This document shows positions 30,109 through 38,604 of a stretch of DNA of 64,000 nucleotides, piece after piece. The notes below the pieces were generated by a model, which was not told where the DNA came from, ran no database searches, and worked only from the letters and a program-made list of their open reading frames with translations. A program made the translations under genes and the position numbers. Source of the DNA: Oscillospiraceae bacterium (GTDB lineage Bacteria; Bacillota; Clostridia; Oscillospirales; Oscillospiraceae); assembly GCA_022800215.1 (NCBI GenBank), contig JAAWPV010000001.1, positions 45,395-109,394 of the forward strand, given 5' to 3'. Position 1 is the first letter of the stretch. Every line of letters starts with the position of its first letter.

Positions 30109-30144
30109 ACTAACTTTCACTTTTTATTACGGGAGGGTTGAGCC

Positions 30145-31176
30145 ATGACAAAACCCAAAATCGTGCTCGGACTGTCCGGCGGGGTGGATTCCGCCGTGGC
30201 GGCCCGGCTTTTGCAGCAGGACTACACCGTCATCGGCCTCTTTCTCTCCATCGGCCCCGAGGCCGCCGGGGAACACGACGCCCGGGCGGTGGCCGAAGAA
30301 CTGGGTATTGACTTCCACGTGATGGACATTGCCGAGGCCCTGGAACGGCACGTGAAGGGCCCCTTTGCGGAAGCCTATTTGTCAGGGCAGACCCCTTTAC
30401 CCTGCGCCCGGTGCAACCCTTTGGTGAAATTTCCCTCCCTGCTGGCCCTGGCGGATGAATTGGGGGCGGACTTTATCGCCACCGGACACTACGCCCGGAT
30501 CTGCCCCGGCCCAGAGGGCCGCACCTTGCTTCTCAAGGGGCAACCCGCCAACGACCAGTCCTATATGCTGGCCCAGCTGCCCCAGGAGATATTACAGAGA
30601 GTGATTTTCCCCCTTGGAAATTACGGCAAGGAATCGGTCCGGGCCCTGGCGGAGGGCTACGGTATCCCGGTAGCCCACAAGCCGGACAGCATGGAGATCT
30701 GCTTCATTCCCAATGACGATTACGGCGCTTGGCTGGAAGAGCGGGGGGCCGCCGCCCCAGAAGGAGACTTCGTCGCTCCCGACGGCACCATTTTAGGCCG
30801 CCACAAGGGCATCCACCGCTACACTCTGGGCCAGGGCCGGGGGCTGGGGGTCTCCGGCCCCCACCGCTACTATGTGTCCAAAATCGACCCCAAGGCCAAC
30901 ACCGTCACCCTCTCTGACGGCAGCGACCTGATGCGCTCTGTCATCTTCTGCACCGACCCCAACTGGATCTCCATTCCCGGCCTGACCGGCCCCAGAGAGG
31001 TCACCGCCCGGTTCCGCCACGCCCGGACCGAGACCCCCTGCACTATTTTCCGCGACGGGGCCGGGGTGCGGGTGGAGGCCCACAGCCCCGTCCGGGCGCC
31101 CACCCCGGGACAGCTTGCCGTTTTCTACGACGGCGACACCGTGGTGGGCAGCGGATGGATCGGGAAAGCAGAATGA
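30145..31176 (+). CDS. mnmA: tRNA 2-thiouridine(34) synthase MnmA
   Basis: SGGVDS, TP.PC..CN..VKF, ATGHYAR, DQSY.L, KPDSMEICF, YTLGQ.RGLG, PGQ.AVFY. Confidence 0.95.
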   Translation: MTKPKIVLGLSGGVDSAVAARLLQQDYTVIGLFLSIGPEAAGEHDARAVAEELGIDFHVMDIAEALERHVKGPFAEAYLSGQTPLPCARCNPLVKFPSLLALADELGADFIATGHYARICPGPEGRTLLLKGQPANDQSYMLAQLPQEILQRVIFPLGNYGKESVRALAEGYGIPVAHKPDSMEICFIPNDDYGAWLEERGAAAPEGDFVAPDGTILGRHKGIHRYTLGQGRGLGVSGPHRYYVSKIDPKANTVTLSDGSDLMRSVIFCTDPNWISIPGLTGPREVTARFRHARTETPCTIFRDGAGVRVEAHSPVRAPTPGQLAVFYDGDTVVGSGWIGKAE

Positions 31177-31287
31177 TTTAGTTTACATAAAACTGACCAT
31201 CCTCTCTGTGAGGACGGTCAGTTTTTCAATGGCACGAAAACAGTTTCAGTTTTTGAAATGCCAAACAATATTTTTATGTAAACTAAA
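31177..31287. repeat. Intergenic region bounded by a 16-bp perfect IR, with internal terminator hairpin
   Basis: tttagtttacataaaa (31177-31192) / ttttatgtaaactaaa (31272-31287); hairpin aaaactgaccatcctc…gaggacggtcagttttt inside. Confidence 0.8.
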
Positions 31288-31290
31288 AAC

Positions 31291-31881
31291 TTATTGTTTG
31301 TCCTCGCCTTCCAGAAAGTAGGTAGCCTCCATATCGGCCACACTGAGGGCGAAAGCCAGAGGGTACTGCTCCAAAGCCTGACCCACCAACCGGCTGTCCT
31401 CACTGCCGGAAAAGCCCATATGCCAGCGGATGGCCATGGCCTCCTGCCGGGTCAGCTTCATGAACCCAGAAATTATGTAAACTGATTTCTCCCCGTGGCC
31501 GTAAGGTAGGGGGTCCTCATAGAAGAAGGTGGGCACCTTCTCCCACTGGCCGGTCTGCTCGTTTTTCACGTTACGGCTCCCCGTCTTGTAGCAGCCGATT
31601 TTGCAGAGGTCGTGGAGCAAAGCGGCAATGGCGGCGCTTTCGGGGGAGACCTCCAGGCCATACAGCTCCTGGACCCGCTCCCGGCTGAGGTAATCCACCA
31701 GGCAGTGGTAGACATTGAGACTGTGGTCGCAAAGGCCCCCGGCATAGGCACCGTGGAACTTGGCCGAGGCGGGGCAGGTGAAAAAGTCCGACTTGTTCTC
31801 CAGGTAGTCCAGCAGGGCGTCCGCCCCTTCCCGGTGAATGTTTTCCCGGTAGATCTCAATGAATTCCTCTTTTCCGCTCAT
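31291..31881 (-). CDS. HD-domain phosphohydrolase
   Basis: PAS.K.HG…GGL.DHS, LLHDLCK, GHGEKS, AIRWHMG; RBS aaagggag. Confidence 0.85.
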   Translation of the reverse strand: MSGKEEFIEIYRENIHREGADALLDYLENKSDFFTCPASAKFHGAYAGGLCDHSLNVYHCLVDYLSRERVQELYGLEVSPESAAIAALLHDLCKIGCYKTGSRNVKNEQTGQWEKVPTFFYEDPLPYGHGEKSVYIISGFMKLTRQEAMAIRWHMGFSGSEDSRLVGQALEQYPLAFALSVADMEATYFLEGEDKQ

Positions 31882-31990
31882 AACAATAAGCACTCCCTTT
31901 CTTTTGAAAAAGTATATCATATTTGCTGTCCCAAAACAAGGACGGAACCTTCCTTTCTGCCCCTCCATAGGATGGGGGAGAGGTGATTCT

Positions 31991-32524
31991 ATGGAGTTTC
32001 TTTCCGCCCTGACGGCGGGATGGGTTTTTGCCCTGGCCTGCAATCTGGATACGGTGCTGGCTTCGGTGGGTCAGGGTGCCCGGGGGGAGGAACTTTCCCC
32101 GTCCAAGGCTTTGGCGGTGGCCGGGCTGACCACCATGGTGACCTTCCTGTCTCTTCTCCTGGGAGCGGTAGGGGCCACCTTTCTTCCGGAAAGCCTGGCC
32201 GGGCGGCTGGGTGGGCTGGCCCTCACGGCCCTGGGTCTTTGGTACTTATTGGACACCCTTCGGGGAAAGGGGGAGGCCCCGCCCCAAGGAAAAAGCTGGG
32301 TGGCACTCAGCGCCGCCCTGGCGGTAAACAACGCCGGGGTTGGGGTGGCCGCCGGAGTGACAGGGCTTTCCCCGGTGGTGGCCTCGGGCTGCAACTTCCT
32401 GGCCACCCTGCTGGCCTTGTGGCTGGGCCGGGCCCTGGGCCGCCGTCTGGCAAGGTGGAGCCTGCTGGCTCTGCCCGTGTCTGGGCTTTTGCTCGTACTG
32501 CTGGGGCTGTGGCAGACAATATAA
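31991..32524 (+). CDS. YtaF/MntP-family membrane protein
   Basis: A.ACNLD and ALAVNN.G.G.AAG motifs, multi-TM; RBS gaggtg. Confidence 0.65.
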   Translation: MEFLSALTAGWVFALACNLDTVLASVGQGARGEELSPSKALAVAGLTTMVTFLSLLLGAVGATFLPESLAGRLGGLALTALGLWYLLDTLRGKGEAPPQGKSWVALSAALAVNNAGVGVAAGVTGLSPVVASGCNFLATLLALWLGRALGRRLARWSLLALPVSGLLLVLLGLWQTI

Positions 32525-32623
32525 TTGAAAAAAGAGAGTGAAAGGCCGGAAAAAGGCCTTTCGCTTTCTTTATGTACCATAAAAAGTTCCAATAAAAAAT
32601 GTGAAAAAATTATCGTAGTTGTA

Positions 32624-32652
32624 TTGACGTAGGTCTTTGAAAATGGTATCAT
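32624..32652 (+). promoter_or_regulatory. SigA promoter of the decarboxylase operon
   Basis: TTGACG-17 nt-TATCAT with TG extension. Confidence 0.65.
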
Positions 32653-32744
32653 TATAATGGCGGGGAATTTGGAACTTTTTTAAGAAAAGCGGTCAATTTT
32701 CTACCAAGAAAATGGTTCTAAGAAACTGAGAGGAGGACCTATCC

Positions 32745-34145
32745 GTGAAACAGATCCGTATTACCGAAACTGTCCTGCGTGATGCCCAGCAGTCGCTGAT
32801 CGCCACCCGGATGCCCTTCGGGGACTTTGAGGACATCCTGTCCGAGATGGACAAGGCGGGCTACTATTCCGTGGAGTGCTGGGGCGGCGCCACCTTTGAC
32901 TCCTGCCTGCGCTATCTGGGGGAGGACCCCTGGGAGCGGCTGCGGAAGATCCGCGCCGCCATGCCCAATACCCGGCTCCAGATGCTGCTGCGGGGCCAGA
33001 ACCTGTTGGGCTACAAGCACTATCACGACGACGTGGTGGAAAAGTTCGTGGAGCTTTCCATCAAGAACGGCATCGACGTCATCCGTATCTTTGACGCCCT
33101 CAACGACTTCCGGAACATCCAAACCGCTCTGGAGGCCACCAAAAAGTATGCCAACGAGCGCACCGTGGCCTCGGGCTGTATCTCCTATACCCAGAGCCCC
33201 GTCCACACTGTGGAAAAGTACGTCCAGATGTGCAAGGAACTGAAGGCTATGGGCTTTGACACCATCTGCCTGAAGGACATGGCGGGCACCATGAGCCCCT
33301 ATGAGGCGGAAACGCTCATCAAGGGTATTAAGGACGGCGTAGGTGATATTCCTCTCATTCTCCATACCCACTGCACCACCGGCATGGCCTACATGACCAT
33401 TACCAAGGCCATCGAGGCGGGGGTGGACGTCATCGACTGCGCCTCCTCGGCCCTGTCCAACGGCACCAGCCAGCCCGCCACCGAGACCATGTTCTACGCC
33501 CTTCAGCAGTACGGCATTGACTGCGGGTTGAAGGAGGACGTGATCAACAAGGTCAACGACCACTTCAAGCCTCTGAAGCAAAAGTACATCGACTCCGGGC
33601 TCCTCAATCCCAAGAGCATGGGCACCGACTCCCAGGCCCTGGTGTACAAGGTGCCCGGGGGAATGCTGTCCAACATGATCGCCAACCTGAAGGACATGAA
33701 CGCTCTGGACAAGTTTGACGAGGCCCTGTTGGAGATCCCCAATGTCCGCAAGGATCTGGGCTACCCGCCCCTGGTCACTCCCCTCTCCCAGATGGTGGGC
33801 AACCAGGCGGTGGTCAACGTCCTTATGGGCGAGCGCTACAAGCAGATCTCCAACGAGATCAAAAACTACTTCAAGGGCGAGTACGGCATTGCCCCCGCCC
33901 CCGTCTCCAAGGAGCTGGAGGCCAAGATCCTGGGGGAGGGCGGCCAGCCCACCGACTGCCGCATCGAGGACGCCAAGCGCACCGGCGAGGACTTCCAGAA
34001 GGCCAAAGAGGCCCTGGGCGACCTTGCCCGCAGCGAGGAGGACCTGATGAGCTATATCTGCTTCCCCGACCAGGCCAAGAAGTTCCTGGAGGAGCGGAAG
34101 GCCAAGGAAGAGAACGTCTGCACTTACACCATTGAGGAGGCGTAA
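32745..34145 (+). CDS. oadA: Oxaloacetate decarboxylase alpha / pyruvate carboxylase B carboxyltransferase subunit (no biotin domain)
   Basis: RDAQQSLIATR, WGGATFD, MLLRGQN, KDMAG, HTHCT, PGGMLSN, GYPPLVTPLSQ.VG. Confidence 0.9.
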   Translation: MKQIRITETVLRDAQQSLIATRMPFGDFEDILSEMDKAGYYSVECWGGATFDSCLRYLGEDPWERLRKIRAAMPNTRLQMLLRGQNLLGYKHYHDDVVEKFVELSIKNGIDVIRIFDALNDFRNIQTALEATKKYANERTVASGCISYTQSPVHTVEKYVQMCKELKAMGFDTICLKDMAGTMSPYEAETLIKGIKDGVGDIPLILHTHCTTGMAYMTITKAIEAGVDVIDCASSALSNGTSQPATETMFYALQQYGIDCGLKEDVINKVNDHFKPLKQKYIDSGLLNPKSMGTDSQALVYKVPGGMLSNMIANLKDMNALDKFDEALLEIPNVRKDLGYPPLVTPLSQMVGNQAVVNVLMGERYKQISNEIKNYFKGEYGIAPAPVSKELEAKILGEGGQPTDCRIEDAKRTGEDFQKAKEALGDLARSEEDLMSYICFPDQAKKFLEERKAKEENVCTYTIEEA

Positions 34146-34148
34146 GGG

Positions 34149-34487
34149 ATGAAAATGCCGATTTCCGACGCCGCCATCGCCGCTTTGTTGGGCTACGGTG
34201 TGGTGTTTCTGGGCCTTTTTCTGCTGATGTGCGTCATCATCCTCATGGGCAAGGTCATGACTGCCCGAAAGGCTGGCAAGGTTACCGTGACCCCCGGTAC
34301 GGACGGGCCTACCGCTACTGTGGCCGTTCCTGTGAAGGAGGGTCCTGCGGCCCCCGGCTCCGCCGGTGAAGTCAAGCTCTTCGACGTAGGCGACAAAGAG
34401 GCCGCCATGCTCATGGCCATTGTGGCCGACAAGCTGGGCAAGCCCCTCAACGAGCTGCGGTTCAAGTCCATCAAGGAGGTCAAATAA
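34149..34487 (+). CDS. oadG: OadG/MmdD-family decarboxylase small membrane subunit
   Basis: N-terminal TM G..VVF.GL..L, Pro/Ala linker, operon context. Confidence 0.8.
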   Translation: MKMPISDAAIAALLGYGVVFLGLFLLMCVIILMGKVMTARKAGKVTVTPGTDGPTATVAVPVKEGPAAPGSAGEVKLFDVGDKEAAMLMAIVADKLGKPLNELRFKSIKEVK

Positions 34488-34488
34488 A

Positions 34489-34884
34489 ATGAAATATAAA
34501 GTTACCCTGAACGGAAAGACTTACGAGGTGGAGGTGGAGGAGGGCAAGGCCATCCTCCTGGACGAGTACGAGGCCTATGCCCCCGCTCCCGCCGCCCCTG
34601 CGGCTCCCGTGGCTGCTGCCCCTGCCGCCGCGGCTCCCGCCGCGCCCGCCGCTGCCGCGGTCACTGCCGCCGGCGAGACGGTGGAGGCCCCCATGCCCGG
34701 CGCCATCCTCCGGGTGGAGGTCACCCAGGGCCAGGCCGTCAAGGCCGGAGACCTGCTGGTGGTACTGGAGGCCATGAAGATGGAGAACGAGATCCTCTCC
34801 CCCCGGGACGGCACCGTGGCCCAGATCGTGGTCCAGAAGGGAAGCACCGTGGAGACTGGCTCGCCCCTGATCGTTCTGGCGTAA
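34489..34884 (+). CDS. Biotin carboxyl carrier protein
   Basis: Ala/Pro linker, [14 protein letters not shown] biotinylation motif. Confidence 0.93.
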   Translation: MKYKVTLNGKTYEVEVEEGKAILLDEYEAYAPAPAAPAAPVAAAPAAAAPAAPAAAAVTAAGETVEAPMPGAILRVEVTQGQAVKAGDLLVVLEAMKMENEILSPRDGTVAQIVVQKGSTVETGSPLIVLA

Positions 34885-34897
34885 GGGGGAAGCATCC

Positions 34898-36331
34898 ATG
34901 GATATTTTAGGAACCCTCTCCGGCCTGGTGATGGAATCCGGTTTTGCCGGCTTCTTCGCCGCCGGAGGCTGGAAAAACCTTGTGATGATCGGCATTGCCT
35001 GCGTGCTTCTCTACCTGGGCATTGCCAAGAAGTTCGAGCCCCTTCTGCTGGTGGGTATTGCCTTCGGCGTGCTGCTCACCAATGTCCCCGGTGCGGGGCT
35101 GTACCACATGGGTATCTGGGATGCCTATATCTACGAGTGCCCTTATGATGCGGTCAATGACTACGCTCTTTACAATGTGACAGAGGGCCGTGCCTATACG
35201 GAGGAGGAATACCTCTATTACATTGCGGCCCGGGTCAGCGGTCACACCACAGAGCAGATCGAGGGATATTTTGAGGCACAGTCTGAGACAGAGGGCAGTA
35301 TTGCGGCTGACTTCCAGGCTTTGGTGGAAGTGCCCGGCTTTGACTTTGAGGCTGCAAACGAGATCGCCGATGAGGTCATTACCGAGCTTTCCTTCACCGA
35401 CATTATCCACCACGGCGGACTGCTGGATATCCTCTACATCGGCGTCAAGGCCGGCCTTTACCCCTGCCTCATCTTTATGGGCATCGGCGCCATGACCGAC
35501 TTCGGGCCCCTGATCGCAAGACCTTCCTCCATGCTGCTGGGGGCCGCCGCCCAGTTGGGCGTGTTCCTTGCTATGTTCGGCGCCATCCTGCTGGGCTTCA
35601 CCGGCCCCGAGGCGGGCTCCATCGGTATCATCGGCGGTGCCGACGGACCAACGGCCATTCTGACCACCAGTATATTGGCGCCCCACCTGCTGGGCCCCAT
35701 CGCCATCGCGGCCTACTCCTATATGGCCCTCATTCCCATGATACAAAAGCCCCTCATGCGGGCCTTCACCACGGAGAAGGAGCGGAAGGTGAAGATGGAA
35801 CAGGCCCGGCCTGTATCCAAGACGGAGAAGATCATCTTCCCCATCGTGGTGGCCACCTTCGTGATCCTGCTGATCCCCTCCACCGCTCCCCTCATCGGCT
35901 GTCTCATGTTCGGCAATCTGCTGAAGGAAACGGGCGTCACCGAGCGGCTCAGCGACACCGCCCAGAACGGCCTTATGAACATCGTCACCCTGTTCCTGGG
36001 CATTTCCGTGGGCGCCACCACCGTGGCCTCCCGGTTCCTGAGCCTTGAGACCATCAAGATCGTGATCCTGGGCGTCATCGCCTTCGGCTTCTCCACCATC
36101 GGCGGACTTTTGGTGGGCAAGCTTATGTATAAGCTCTCCGGCGGCAAGATCAACCCCCTCATCGGCTCCGCCGGCGTGTCCGCGGTGCCCATGGCCGCCC
36201 GGGTCTCCCAGGACGTGGGCCGGGAGGCCGATCCCAACAACTTCCTGCTGATGCACGCCATGGGCCCCAATGTGGCCGGCGTCATCGGCTCCGCCATCGC
36301 CGCAGGCTTCCTGATCCAGCTCTTTGGTTGA
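34898..36331 (+). CDS. oadB: Na+-translocating decarboxylase beta subunit
   Basis: FEPLLL, GAMTDFGPL, IGIIGGADGPT, AYSYMAL, SAVPMAARV, AMGPNVAGVIGS. Confidence 0.93.
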   Translation: MDILGTLSGLVMESGFAGFFAAGGWKNLVMIGIACVLLYLGIAKKFEPLLLVGIAFGVLLTNVPGAGLYHMGIWDAYIYECPYDAVNDYALYNVTEGRAYTEEEYLYYIAARVSGHTTEQIEGYFEAQSETEGSIAADFQALVEVPGFDFEAANEIADEVITELSFTDIIHHGGLLDILYIGVKAGLYPCLIFMGIGAMTDFGPLIARPSSMLLGAAAQLGVFLAMFGAILLGFTGPEAGSIGIIGGADGPTAILTTSILAPHLLGPIAIAAYSYMALIPMIQKPLMRAFTTEKERKVKMEQARPVSKTEKIIFPIVVATFVILLIPSTAPLIGCLMFGNLLKETGVTERLSDTAQNGLMNIVTLFLGISVGATTVASRFLSLETIKIVILGVIAFGFSTIGGLLVGKLMYKLSGGKINPLIGSAGVSAVPMAARVSQDVGREADPNNFLLMHAMGPNVAGVIGSAIAAGFLIQLFG

Positions 36332-36369
36332 CATAATTTCATCATTTTTAGAAAGGTAGGGCACACATC

Positions 36370-37974
36370 ATGGCAAACATTGATTTGACCAAGTACGGCA
36401 TCACCGGCACCACGGAGATCATCTACAACCCCTCCTTTGAGGCTCTGTTCCGGGATGAGACCGACCCCTCTCTCACCGGCTACGACAAGGGCCAGGTCAG
36501 CGAGCTGGGGGCCGTCAATGTGATGACGGGCATCTACACCGGCCGCTCCCCCAAGGATAAGTTCATCGTCATGGATGAAAACTCCAAGGACACCGTGTGG
36601 TGGACCTCGGAGGGCTACCCCAACGACAACCACCCCCTGTCTCAGGATTCCTGGGAGAAGGTGAAGGATATCGCCCGGAAGGAGCTTTCCGGCAAGAAGC
36701 TCTACGTGGTGGACGCCTTCTGCGGGGCCAACCACGACACCCGTATGGCGGTCCGGTTCATTGTGGAGGTGGCCTGGCAGGCTCACTTTATCAAGAATAT
36801 GTTCATCCAGCCCTCGGCGGAGGAGCTGGAGAACTTCGAGCCCGACTTTGTGGTATACAACGCCTCCAAGGCCAAGGTGGAAAACTACAAGGAACTGGGC
36901 CTCAACTCGGAGACCGCCGTTGTCTTCAACATCACCAGCCGGGAGCAGGTCATCCTGAACACCTGGTACGGCGGCGAGATGAAGAAGGGTATGTTCTCCA
37001 TGATGAACTACTACCTGCCCCTGAAGGGCATTGCCTCCATGCACTGCTCTGCCAACACCGACATGAACGGTGAAAATACCGCCATCTTCTTCGGCCTTTC
37101 CGGCACCGGTAAGACCACATTGTCCACCGACCCCAAGCGGCTGCTGGTGGGCGACGACGAGCACGGCTGGGACGACGCGGGCATCTTCAACTTTGAAGGC
37201 GGCTGCTACGCCAAGGTCATCAACCTGGATAAGGACTCCGAGCCTGACATCTACAACGCCATCCGCCGTAACGCCCTGCTGGAGAACGTGACATTGGACG
37301 CTGAGGGCAAGATCGACTTTGCCGACAAGTCGGTGACCGAGAACACCCGGGTGAGCTACCCCATCGACCACATCCAGAACATCGTCCGGCCCGTCTCCGC
37401 CGCCCCCGCGGCCCAGAATGTGATTTTCCTCTCCGCTGACGCCTTCGGCGTGCTGCCTCCGGTGAGCATCCTGACCCCCGAGCAGACCAAGTACTACTTC
37501 CTCTCCGGCTTCACCGCCAAGCTGGCGGGCACCGAGCGGGGCATCACCGAGCCTACCCCCACCTTCTCCGCCTGCTTCGGCCAGGCTTTCCTGGAGCTTC
37601 ATCCCACCAAGTACGCCGAGGAGCTGGTGAAGCGGATGGAGCAGTCGGGCGCCAAGGCCTACCTTGTAAATACCGGATGGAACGGCACCGGCAAGCGGAT
37701 CTCCATCAAGGACACCCGGGGCATCATCGACGCCATTCTGGACGGCTCCATTCTGAAGGCGGAAACCAAGACGATCCCCTACTTCGGCTTTGCTGTGCCC
37801 ACTGCCCTGCCCGGTGTGGACTCCGGCATCCTGGATCCCCGGGACACCTACGCCGACGCCGCCCAGTGGGAGGAGAAGGCCCGTGACCTGGCCGGCCGGT
37901 TCATCAAGAACTTTGTCAAGTACACCACCAACGAGGCCGGCAAGGCCCTGGTGGAGGCAGGGCCCAAGCTGTAA
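36370..37974 (+). CDS. pckA: Phosphoenolpyruvate carboxykinase (ATP)
   Basis: [48 protein letters not shown]. Confidence 0.97.
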   Translation: MANIDLTKYGITGTTEIIYNPSFEALFRDETDPSLTGYDKGQVSELGAVNVMTGIYTGRSPKDKFIVMDENSKDTVWWTSEGYPNDNHPLSQDSWEKVKDIARKELSGKKLYVVDAFCGANHDTRMAVRFIVEVAWQAHFIKNMFIQPSAEELENFEPDFVVYNASKAKVENYKELGLNSETAVVFNITSREQVILNTWYGGEMKKGMFSMMNYYLPLKGIASMHCSANTDMNGENTAIFFGLSGTGKTTLSTDPKRLLVGDDEHGWDDAGIFNFEGGCYAKVINLDKDSEPDIYNAIRRNALLENVTLDAEGKIDFADKSVTENTRVSYPIDHIQNIVRPVSAAPAAQNVIFLSADAFGVLPPVSILTPEQTKYYFLSGFTAKLAGTERGITEPTPTFSACFGQAFLELHPTKYAEELVKRMEQSGAKAYLVNTGWNGTGKRISIKDTRGIIDAILDGSILKAETKTIPYFGFAVPTALPGVDSGILDPRDTYADAAQWEEKARDLAGRFIKNFVKYTTNEAGKALVEAGPKL

Positions 37975-38132
37975 GAAGCGCGGAGGCAAGCGACACAAAT
38001 GGGGGCTCCCGCGAAAACTACAAAGCAGGTTTTCGTGGGGAGAGGACGAGCAAGGGAACGAAACGAATGCCGGACGCAAGGCCGGCGAAGTGATGTGGAC
38101 TTTGCGAGGACGATGTGGAGCGTGACAGCCCC
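37974..38132 (+). repeat. Structured intergenic repeat, diverged copy C
   Basis: Starts agaagcg, contains gaggacgagc and several hairpins, ends gcgtgacagcccc like copies B and D. Confidence 0.55.
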
Positions 38133-38142
38133 TCTAAAAGTA

Positions 38143-38178
38143 GTCGTTTCACCCCCAGGTGTGGTATGTTTCCGTACA
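38143..38178 (-). repeat. 36-bp oriented intergenic motif, copy 3
   Basis: Reverse complement tgtacggaaacataccacacctgggggtgaaacgac(tact). Confidence 0.75.
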
Positions 38179-38383
38179 TCTATCTGAAAAAATGTCCCAA
38201 TTCGACTTTGTGTTCCCGGTGAATCACAATGGGTAAATATGCATAGGCTGGTATAAGAATGAATGATTATACACTAAAGTCTAGAATCAAGGCGTTAGGA
38301 ACACAGAAGTGAATTGGGAGAAAAAATTTGAAAAAATTTTTGGAATTTTGATGGATGTATGTTGGGATACAACGAAAAGAAAG

Positions 38384-38434
38384 AGATGCTTTTCCCCCGC
38401 CAACAGGAACATTTGGCGGGGGAAAAGCATCTTT
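38384..38434. terminator. Bidirectional terminator
   Basis: agatgcttttcccccgccaa-caggaacat-ttggcgggggaaaagcatct. Confidence 0.8.
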
Positions 38435-38506
38435 TATAGTTAGCCGCTGCATTTTGATTCGGGCGATGTTTTCCACCCGGGGTCATGGTCTGCTCCTCCT
38501 TTTGGT

Positions 38507-38582
38507 TCACACTCCGCTGCCGAATTCGGAGAAGGTCAGGCCGGGGGTACGCTCCGCTGTCCAGTTTACCGCCCACTGGGAG
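38507..38582 (-). pseudogene. Duplicated 3' end of prfC
   Basis: Encodes SQWAVNWTAERTPGLTFSEFGSGV*, versus prfC SQWAVNWTAERNPNLTFSEFGGGI* at 41563-41638. Confidence 0.9.
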
Positions 38583-38604
38583 AGGAAAAGGAAAGGGTGA
38601 ACGC

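Noticed and set aside
31257-31284. The chromosomal dif site
   Set aside because: XerD arm is perfect but the XerC arm and spacer match weakly; cannot be assigned without genome-wide GC skew
34575-34670. Low-complexity GCC/CCC repeats (also the Pro/Thr run near 22385-22425)
   Set aside because: Ordinary Ala/Pro or Pro/Thr protein linkers
38267-38576. Small ORFs 38295-38576 and 38267-38476 as genes
   Set aside because: They run through a terminator hairpin and AT-rich DNA, and one overlaps the prfC duplicate out of frame; at best a remnant
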